Below, one piece after another: positions 11,801 to 21,800 of a stretch of DNA of 64,000 bases. The translations under genes and the position numbers were made by a program. Within the stretch, counting starts at the first letter, position 1, and each line of letters begins with the position of its first letter. The stretch is from Lingula anatina (taxonomy: Eukaryota; Animalia; Brachiopoda). The notes under the pieces are model-generated. The model saw only the letters and a program-made list of their open reading frames with translations. It was not told the origin of the DNA and searched no databases. The DNA lies in contig CM120640.1 of the NCBI GenBank assembly GCA_051362555.1, forward strand, positions 64,520,788 through 64,584,787, written 5' to 3'.

Positions 11801-14346
11801 TGACCATTGCCACCGAGTGGACTGGAAACCGACAAAGCTATTTATTTCCACAAGACAATTAACTAAAGAAACTTCACTCATGTGGCGTATTACTGGCAAT
11901 TACTTTTTGTATACGAAACAACACGTGCGGTGAGGCCAAATATTGCAAGATGTAGAAAGAATGCAGCACTTCAGTCGTCTACTTCCTTAATTTTTTTTCG
12001 CTTTGGCTTCTGTGGAAAACAATCGAAATATTAAATGTAAAACAAATGTTCGGATTGGAAACAAGTGTGATCATTACCAAATCTACGAGGAGGTTCTCTT
12101 TGATTTGAGGAATTGCGCATGTTACTTAGGATTATCGTATTTCTGAATGTATGGAGTTGTCTGTATTAGATTGTACATTCACATGCAAGGGTGAAAGGGG
12201 ACTTTTTCGCGTTTCTTTCTTTGATGGAAATGACACAAATGACGGTATTACCGTGGGACGTTACACTATTTTTCCAAGTGGGTTATTGTTTTTGATTTCA
12301 GTTTTAGAAAATGAATGTGCTTTTGATGATATATTCAATACCTTGGAAGTGCAAAGTTTACGTGGAACTCGGCTACAGCATTTAACGTGTTGTTGGCGCA
12401 TTGGGTTTTACGTTTCCCAGCAAGATAAATATCAGACGTCAGTTTACGAGCTAATTTCTCTGGTTTTTGATTCACGTCAGTCCCATCTGTGATGCGCAAT
12501 TATACAATCTTAATAACTTATCATTACTAGATTAACTCTACCATTGATATTAAACGCTTGTTTTAATGAGAACAGTGTTCACGTGTATCATAAATACCCC
12601 TATCCACTACACGTACCAGTGCCACTCAGGGATGCCAATATACATTAACAGTTGCAACAAGCAGATACATTTATCTACAAACAGGACCCGTGACCAGTAG
12701 AACGTTACCCACTAGAAGGATAACAATCACTGTGCCACCGGTAATGTTATCCACTGGAAAGATAAAACTGTTATCCTCTAGGCAGTTATCCTGAGGATGG
12801 CAGCTGTTTTTCACCACCGGATAGAAATATTACAGCCAAAAATAAGTATTTGGTGTTCAAAAAACATTACTTTACCCACAGGACAAATTCCAAGGGAATA
12901 ACGATTTCATCTAATGGATAATGTTATCTAGAGGATAGCGCTATTCAGTGTTGATGAAACTGGGCCTAGAAGGCTTGCTGTCCTAGTGCCACCAGTACCG
13001 TTAATCACTGGTCATGACTAGTAGCAACGAGCATGGGGTCTACCGCTTTCTATTCTCTAACACCGTTTATTTACAACATCTAATATCACCAATATCAACT
13101 AGCAGCCACCAGCTCCAGTATCACCATCCACACACATAGCCCACTGGCATCACTATTCACTTCTACAACCCTACGGCACCAAATTCACTTATACAGTACC
13201 ACCAACTACAACTTCCCACCTGCACAGCCCGGCAGCACTTTTACCCATGGCCACAAGCAGCAGACCAGTTATTACCAGCAATACTAGTCCTCAACTTAAT
13301 TCAAACAAAATTCTGACAATCTGGGTTTTTTTCATAATTTGCATCTCTGGAACTAATCTGACGATATTGTTTATTATCGTTACCAGTTTCAGTACAATTT
13401 TCACAATATATTCTCACTCGAATTAGTTCGAATTGGTACTTATGTTTGATTCTATTATTAAGTAATTTGCTTCTCTTGGTTTTTACTTACTTTGCATACA
13501 ATCTGCAAGTATCATTTCCGATTTTTGATTCTTTCTCTCCAGGGCGTGGTGTCGTAGGTTCAGTTGATGATATTTGATCAAAGCATAGCGTAACTGCCTC
13601 TCTGTTTCGTTCAACATACGTTGATAGTAGAGCAACCTCTCTTGTAGGTATTCATTTTGTTTTAGAGTCTCATTAAGCCTGCTTTCAAGATCCTTTAATT
13701 GCCTCAACATTGCATCCCATTTGCTTAGTGTAGTGTTAAGTATTTTCTCTTGATCTTGGAGTTTATTTCGTAAGACTGTATTTTCTCGTTGTGTTTGGTC
13801 TAGCTTTTTCTCCGTGCGGCGTAGTTTACCATTTGTTTCCGTTAACTGGTGCTGCGTTTTGTTTAATTTCGATTTAGTGCTAAGCAAAAGCAACGATTTT
13901 TGTTTCAATAGCCATTTTGTTGTATTTAGCTCGTCTCTCAGGCTAGAAAATTCTCCATACAAATCGTTAAGAAGCGTCGTTTCTGGTCTAGCAGTTTCTG
14001 GGTCGAAAATATTATCAATCCTGTTATTTATTTCATAGTCTTTTTCATTTGGAATCAAGCTGTCTTCGTTCAAATCACTTATGAAAATTTCGTTGACTCT
14101 CTTCTCCAGTTTCCTTAACTTTTGCTCATATTTTTCTTCCAGCGATGGGATCTCACTGAACGCAACATCGTGTTGCGGTATAGCGTAATTTGACGGGGAG
14201 TCTATGGGACAGTCTTGTCCTCTTGCTAAATGAATTTTATACATGCACTGTCCATCATGAAAGCTGCACTGATGAACGATGCGCTCTACGGCTTCGTTTG
14301 AGGCAAATGTTAGCACAACAGAGAGAACTAAAATGTTCTTTGCCAT
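512..14346 (-). CDS. Secreted coiled-coil + MAM-domain protein (3' end outside window)
   Basis: Exons 14346-13491 (856 nt, donor A|gtaagt, phase 1), 4987-4829 (159 nt, phase 1-1) and 663-512 (donor AAG|gtatgc) join in frame. Exon 1 encodes a signal-peptide-like MAKNILVLSVVLTFAS, CSFHDGQCMYKIHL..C and long heptad repeats. Exons 2-3 encode classic MAM motifs: CGFEDESICGF..WTRHAGPSPSSNTGPDLDHT..GHYMYVEAS..GDKARMIS..CVQFHYHMYGRDMGTLNVY. Joining exon 1 to the MAM exons is inferred from strand, phase and the absence of another start; unseen exons in the 8.5 kb intron cannot be excluded. Confidence 0.8.
1263..1307. repeat. Poly-A tract (about 45 nt)
   Basis: Direct mononucleotide run; explains the poly-Lys ORF 1133-1402. 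Confidence 0.95.
1974..3390 (-). mobile_element. Helentron-associated non-autonomous element (HINE/DINE-1-like)
   Basis: Subterminal inverted repeats TATTGTACCACC (2009-2020) and GGTGGTACAATA (3378-3389). Hairpin CCGCCAGCG..CGCTGGTGG overlaps one subTIR; terminal stem-loop GAGGTG-atac-CGCCTC at 1989-2004. Internal tandem duplications (GTGAAGTTCAGTTCATGGTGGGTCAAAGGTC x2; TTAGATTGCCAGTATATGACTTC x2) and a (TA)n microsatellite. Confidence 0.75.
3024..3219. mobile_element. MITE nested inside the HINE
   Basis: Termini CAGTGGCGGAT / ATCCGCCCCTA (imperfect TIR); CCATG present on both flanks (3019-3023 and 3220-3224); internal poly-C. Confidence 0.65.
7544..7823. mobile_element. PIF/Harbinger-like MITE
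   Basis: Imperfect TIR of about 27 bp: GGATTCAGTTTCACAAAAGAACTTAAG versus right-end reverse complement GGACCCAGATTTACAAAAGAACATAAG. Confidence 0.6.
12684..12967. mobile_element. Degenerate Harbinger-like MITE with repeated GTTATCC..GGATAA motifs
   Basis: Right end TTGATGAAACTGGGCC (rc GGCCCAGTTTCATCAA) resembles the TIR family at 7544; several internal semi-palindromic TTATCC/GGATA units. Left end is uncertain. Confidence 0.4.
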
Positions 14347-16370
14347 TCCGCTTCACCTCCAGCGTATTGCTGTGCTTTGCTCCCTTGTGGATATAAACTA
14401 TGTAGAGTTTTTGACTGATGGCTATAAAACATATGCCCTCTGAAGTAAATATGTGCGGTCTATGATACACCTCATAGCCAGTTCAGCGCTTGCGCAGTAA
14501 ATACAACTAGTTTACAACGGCCAGAGCCTCAGTGATGGACGTGTTTCTTACAAAGTATCGGAATTGATATATAAAAACACTTTTGGCTTAGTATGTTGCA
14601 CTTTCATTCACCATGCTAGCAACATACCATGCCCTGTCAGAGCGCTGAACCTAAAAACAAACGCTCATGTTCATTGTGGGCGGTCACTAGTTGCCTTTGA
14701 TTCTTCCATCCAGGGGAAGGCCGGCAAACGGAAATAATGAAAGATGGTTCCAAGTCGTGGGAACTTATTGGTCGCAATTTTCAGACAAATGACAGCCTAA
14801 TTTATGAAGATAATCTCTCCCGTTGATTGCATTCCTTTCTATGGTAAAATCACATACACTGCATCGATCCATTTATTAAGATTAACTCGAGTGTTGGTAA
14901 TCTTGAGAGACAAGGGTGTTTAACCAATGCTAAATAGCTGAAGTGCAACGAAACGGGGAAAAAAGAGAGAAAGAAAAAAGTCTCCCATGCAATAGGCCTA
15001 TGTTTACGACCTCTTTAGAAAAGGCTAAGAAAAATATTGACCTTTTACGATGTACGACGTCCAGTCGGGGTTTCTGGATTCTGCATTCTCCTCTGCACAG
15101 AGCACGCTTTTTGTCAACGTGTGATGACAGTCTACTAGAAATCTTTAAAACCTAGGTATCGTCACGCGGTAGGACACCTGCCGGTGTGACAGGTGTGACC
15201 AGTGTAGAGGGAACACGCCCTGTGCGTACATATATACAACAGTTCGCACGTGCATTTCAAGACTTTCTAAGCTATGAACACTGTTGCGGATCTTTTGCTT
15301 GCATTTAGTTTAAACTACACGAAAAATAAACGTAGGGCAACTGCTTCAATTGGAGCTAGTGTTGTCCAATTCCATATTGCATGGTTAAAAAAGATTACTT
15401 CGCTTGAAATCCAGACTTATTAATCAAAACCCATGTATAGGCCCTATCGTAAAGGATAAATATCCTTTTTGTGGATTCCAATTAAGACTTCCGATAAAAT
15501 AACATCCAAGTATTTGCGACTCATCAAAAACATCTAATCATTTTGAGATTTCATACTCTGAATTCTTCCTACTTTAAGAGAGACCGTCCGATTCAATCAG
15601 GTTTGGAATTTGATGCGCGAAGCTGCTCCCTTTTCGCAATGAACACATGGAGGGGCCGAAAACGATTACTGTGTAAAAAGGGACGAAATTTATATTTTAT
15701 GACACAAAAATAAAAAAGCTTACATTATGCAACTAGTTGCTTGAAATTTTGAAGAGTAGAGAAAAAATCTCTATTACATATCGACATATAAGGATAATTT
15801 TGCTTGGCTCTTTGCTGTTTTAGAAATCCGCTCTTCAATCAAGGCAAACGGTTTACATTCAACCTGAAATGGTTTGGTGATCCAGATGAACGCAAAAATA
15901 GCTTGAAACACGTAAGGCCGGTGCTTTAATATTTTACTCTGATAGCACGTGGTACAATAATCCCCAAAGCATGTTGAAAACAGCTCCATGTATCACTATG
16001 TCGTTCGGGTCAAGGTATATTTGAACATCAGCGCACACCCCTTTTTCTACTAATTTCTGAAAACGGATACACAAGCTAATGTAAGTTCATCATGTTTTAA
16101 AATAGCTCACTGGCAACTTTGCGGCATACTAGCTCTGTTGTTAGCACCCCATTTTTACTGTATGAGGGGGGAGGGGGGGGGGAGAGACCGTCAGTCAAAC
16201 CTATTCTTTCTGTCATCGTCAAAGTTGTACTAGTGTCAAATATTTTTTCAAATGACTATTGCCGGCGTTTAATTGTCTTAAAATTACCCCGGTAGTGACT
16301 ATGTAAGATTATTGAAGTCGTTCAGTTAGCATGTGTAGGCCTACATTCTATAGCCGGCTTCGTATAGCTA

Positions 16371-18030
16371 CAGGGTTACCACTTAATATGGAATATTATG
16401 TTTTGGCGAATAAATTTTCTACAAAATTTTTAATTTCTCTCTAACTACTTTAAATCCAAAGCTGAGGTGTCACTCCATGTGTAGCCAGATGTGTTACCTA
16501 ATTTCCACACAACTCTCGAAACAATTGATGCATGCAGTTGCATGTTCTGTGGTCAGAAATGTGAGGGGTGGTATTTTCGGCAATTTCTGCCCTTGTATAA
16601 AAACGCATGGGTTTTGTCAATCTTTGGAGCGTGTTTAGAGAAGCAACAAAGGGATCGCTCTGAAACTTGACAGGTACCTTAGTGAAGATATGGTACGACA
16701 ACAAGGCAACGCAGCTTACTATAGGATTCTTGCTCTCAGAGAAAATGGCCAGAAACGGACACCCATTGCCAGGTAATTCAACATTTATCAGGAACCGTTT
16801 GTGAAGTCCTCTAAAGAAATGCTGCTACAGGGGCACCTACTCCAATACCTCGACCAGGGTGTCCGCGTATCACACCAAGAAGACAGGATCGCCTTCTCCT
16901 TAGTGGACGCCGTGCTGGTCGTACAAAGACAACCAGTGTCCTCAGAAAAGAGAGGCAGAATTTCATTCAAACGCCCGTTTTAAGGTCCCACGTGAACAAG
17001 AGATTTCTGCAAGCCGGTTATTTTGCACGAAGGCCAGTAGGGAGACCATGTTAACAGCAGGACATATACAGCGACGTCTGCAAAGGGCTGGGGACCACGT
17101 GCGTTTGCAGCCAAAACACTGGAATCATGTTGTTTTCAGTGATAAGGCCAGATATGGATTTTTTAGGGTTGATCATCGAATCCGTGTCCACCGACGTGTA
17201 CGAGGGGCATAAAACAATGATTGTGTACTGCCTAGGGTGCAACCAGGGGATGGTAACGTCCCTGTTTGGGGAGCATTTCATGTCGGTGCCCAGAACCAGT
17301 TGGTTTTTCTAGGAGGCAACCTCATCCAGGATTCCTACAGAGACGTTCTACAGCAAACAATGCTTCGATTGGTAAGATTCATCTTCGGGAACAACTTTGT
17401 GTACCAAGACGACTGCGCAACCCCACATCGAGGCCGCAGAATCACTGTTTTTCTTCAAAACCAATGGGTTCAGCAACTGCCCTGGCCTGCAAACTCTCCA
17501 GATATGAACCCAATTGAAAATCTGTGGGCGGAAGTAACTCACAGAATTAATAGCTATGGTCCTCGGCCGGTAAATAGTGATGAACTGCGACAGGCAAATA
17601 TCACTGCGTGGAATGATATCCCCACCCAAACTCTAAAAAACGTGTCACAGGATATGCCATGTAGGATGAGGGCGCTGCGAGCGGCTGCTGGAGGTCATAC
17701 CCGCAATTACTGACTTTTCATGATTTACTGTAGTGAGTTCTTTGACTGTGTAACATATCACTGTCCGGAGGCTATCATTTTCTTTAATATCTTATCTTAA
17801 AGTTTATACTGACATCAAACTGTTGATATGGTTTTCTGGGGGTGTTCCTTTCTTTTGAATGGCATCTTATGTCAGATTTAATATTATTGACCAAAATTTC
17901 TCACAACAGAAGACTGGATGTTATTATCACTCAGTGACATACTTTTTTAAATGACTCAAGCCAAAAAAAATGTAATCAGCACTCAAAAATAACAATGATA
18001 AAAAATATTCCATATTAAGTGGTAACCCTG
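16371..18030 (+). mobile_element. Tc1-family DNA transposon, full length (1660 bp), decayed
   Basis: Perfect 27 bp TIRs CAGGGTTACCACTTAATATGGAATATT (16371-16397 and 18004-18030) with TA on both flanks; transposase remnants inside. Confidence 0.95.
16690..17713 (+). pseudogene. Tc1 DD34E transposase pseudogene
   Basis: ATG at 16690 with early in-frame TAA at about 16774 and frameshifts. PRPGCPR (GRPR-like linker), WNHVVFSDK (first D), VWGAF, YQDDCATPH..WPANSPDMNPIENLW with 34 residues between D and E, and C-terminal AAGGHTRNY. Confidence 0.9.
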
Positions 18031-18861
18031 TATATCATCCGACATGAAAGCTACCTTCAGTAGGCCTATACGTATCTGACAACTTTTATAATTGATAAGA
18101 CACATTTAGTACATCATTATCTTTGACATCAGTTAATTTCAACCACTGTTTAGATTCTAGCATTGGTTCGTTTTTTTTTTAGTAGGTCCATGCTGGAGAA
18201 TAGGCGGTTAGGCCTAATGATGGGAAAAAGGGATCCTTTTCCAAATCAAGCTGGCTGGAAATGCTTGGCAGTCAAAATTAGCTCAGGGTGTTTTTCTTTA
18301 AAAAATCATCTCAGTCGTGGGGAGCATCAGATGCGGCAGGTCGGGGATGGGGGTCTTTGGTCCATCTCCTTTTTTTATATATCCTTCTACTTCGCTCTTG
18401 ATATAGTAGATCGGCTTCCAGCAGCTGTCCTATCCCATCTATAATATTGCTTCAATAACCCCAGTAGACAATTGGGATCGCTTTTGTTCAATCGTTGTAT
18501 TCAATATATGAAGAATCTTTTAGATTAAATGTTTTTGAAAATGTTAGGCCCTATCATGAATTCTGAACTGCACATGTTATATCGATTGCATTAGTTGTGA
18601 ATTTAAGCACATTGTTGAGATTTTGTGCTTGCATTGCGATAACGTACTGTTGGCAGTAAACCTCTGTATAACAACAATAATCCGTTCTATGACTTAAAAT
18701 GGTGAATTTTGTTCCAAAACAAATTTACTACTTAGAAAACATTTAAACTACTCAATTATCGGTGTATGATAAGCAAAAACAAAAAACAAAAATTACTTAA
18801 TTTTGTAATGGGCCTGTCTTGGTAAAAGCTGCCACCTGAACGCAGATAATTCAGAGCCAAA

Positions 18862-21800
18862 ATGACCTCGGTAAGTGAATGAAATAAAACAATCTTGGTT
18901 GTGTTTATCAAGTTTTCCCAAGCCTAGCGTACATTATTTCACTGTTTTCAAAGAAGCACTGTATTCTGCTATGGTGTTTAGTAAAAAGTTATATATAAGG
19001 CTAACCTCCAACATACGGCTTCAACTCATCATCAGACCTTGACAGTCACAAATATTAGCCTATATTCAGTATTTAGATGAGATTAAAGTCGAATAACGTC
19101 ACTTGCACAATGCTGCTGAATGCTTTACGACTGTAGTCAAGTTTGTAGTGTTACGACAAATTTAAAGAATCAAAATGCATCACGTGTTGTTATGGAATTT
19201 CTCCTGACTTGACGATGTGATACAGCTTTTGAATGAAAGAAATGAGAGACATGTAATCAAGTGTAAACAGTGCTCACATCCTAACTTCAAGGTTGCTGCA
19301 TATTACAAACTCTCTGTGCTGTACTATACTTGCTACAGATAAAACCTCATGACAAAGTCGATGCAAAACCCAAGTGCCAGACTCATCTGGCATACAGCAT
19401 CAACTTATAAAGTAAAAGTCATGACCTGCTTTTAACAATTGGACAATAACTTCAAAAGGGTGAAATCCCAATTCCCAACTGCATTGAGTTAGATAGGTTA
19501 CACTGGCATTTTGTCTCTCTAACACACAGTACTTTCATGAAAATATTTGTATGGAGTAATTACATATCTTATATTATCTTTTTTCATCCCTTATGTGCCC
19601 ATAAGATAAGACCGCCTGACTGACTCAGTTTCTGTACTATTCAGATGTTGAATAGGAGACGCACAAGACGGGGGACGAGACAAGCTCGTAGACAATTACA
19701 AACTGCAGAAGATGATGGCATTCTTGGAGAAGAAAGGAGAGAAGAACCAGAACCCATAAATTTGAATTTATATGACAACGAAGGTAATTTTGAAGTTGAT
19801 TTAGGTGATGTGATTGATTGAGGGAGCTCCTTCTCATCTTTTTGTTGGCCAGAATCGGCCATTACTGTTCACTCATTGTTATTTATTATGAAGATAATGA
19901 TAATGATGATATTGCACAATACATCAGCCGTTACTATAATTGATATGCAAAATCAGAAAAAAACAAACTGAAAAATTGGTAAAGCAAAATAAAACAAAAA
20001 TGGCATTTACTTAAAAGTCATGGATCCATTTGAAACAAATTTAATTTCCTTGTGCAGCTGACTCATAATATGATTTTAAGTATGCAAATAGCATTGATTA
20101 AAAATCTGTTATTTGTGAAGCAAGACCTTTTTTATTGATCAGTATTTGGCATTCTTTCATTCATTCTTTCATTTCTTTAATTATTTTATCATACATAAAA
20201 TATTTTGATATGAATCAGATGCAACTTTTAGTGTTAAGTATTGAATATTATTTAAGGGATACTGTATCTTTATTAGTTAGCCACATTAGTAGTTTGCCAT
20301 TGCTAGTGTTCTCCCATTGCTGCTTTGTAGGTATATCTGGATGCATAGATCTTACTAATGAAGATGATGACCAGGATGAAGTGGTAGATCTCACAGTCAA
20401 TTCAAGTGTTAATGACAGCCCAGTAGTGGTGAGTATCAGAAAAGTGAAAAATGACCAGACATTCTATATTCATAATTGCAAGTATTAACAGTATGGCAGG
20501 AAACACTTCATACATGTTGACATCTTTTACACTAGTTTTTCTCTTGGGTTTTGCCTTTTATTATCACAGAAAAATAAATCCCTTAAGGACTTCTCTAAAA
20601 CTCTTAATTTTAGTTCAGAAAATTCGCCCACCCACTCTTGTTCCTTATAAATAGATAGAGTAGGATTGTTAGAGATCATAAATTTTATCTTTTCCTTCTT
20701 CAGGTGTTAGAGTCACAAGGTCAAGGTATGTTACCACTGGCAGTTTATTTGTTCATTAGATCTGTATTTAACTATTACTATTGAAAAGACACAAATAGAA
20801 ATAATCTTACTGTAACAGTAGTAGTTTTGCTAAGATGTGTTTTTTGCAATATTTTCTGTGGAAAATGCTTTTTATCGTGTTTCATTTATTTTGTAGTTAT
20901 ATTTCTTACATAACAGTGGGTACTAATTAAACTGGCAAGATTGAGATTGTGACGAATTACATATATATTTCATCCATGTGAAGGTTCTACATCAAGAAGA
21001 AGAAGACGTCGGAGGCCTAGACTACGCTACACTCTTAATACTTTGAATGCAAGGAACACTGAAGTTTTGAGCTCAGATGATGAGATAGAAGAGTTGCCAT
21101 CAGTGTCATTTCACATTCCAGAGTCAGATCCTGAAAGGTTGGTAAAGTTAAAAGTAGGGAAAGAATGTGTGCATGTCCACGGTAGTGGGTAACAACAGTA
21201 GGACACGGGCATCAATGTTTCAACATGGTGCTGATCTAGTGAGCACGCTTTCCACTTGGATTCATAGTATTTTGCTTTATATTCATAAATTTTGAAAAAT
21301 TTTACATTAAACACATATAAATATCAGGAAGAGTCAATTACCTTCACAGAGTTGGGAAAGTATGCTGCGACCCTGAATGGAAGATCATGCGGTGTTTGAG
21401 TGTCATTTTTGGCTAAGAGTTAAAAATTTTAAATACAAAGCAATGTCTGGAAACACAAAATTGTTTGTTATAATAAGAGAAAACCATCCCCTTTCATATG
21501 AAAGCACTCCCATTGTAATCCAACACATAGGAATATTTTGATAGACTTTCAAAGATGATAACCCTTTGTTGTTACCCAGTACTGTGGACTTGGACATATG
21601 GTTATTGGAAAATTTCTTGATCTTTGATGCACTACTCTTTTGGGTAAATAACTGTGTAAGAAGCCAGCTTTGAAATAATTCTGTGCTGTCATATCTTCTT
21701 TTCTCTGTTATAATATTTTCAGAGATTGACATTTTTAATCTTTAGAAAACTAGAAACTGTCTTTAATTAGTATCTTTAAGCATTGAACAGCATGAGTACT

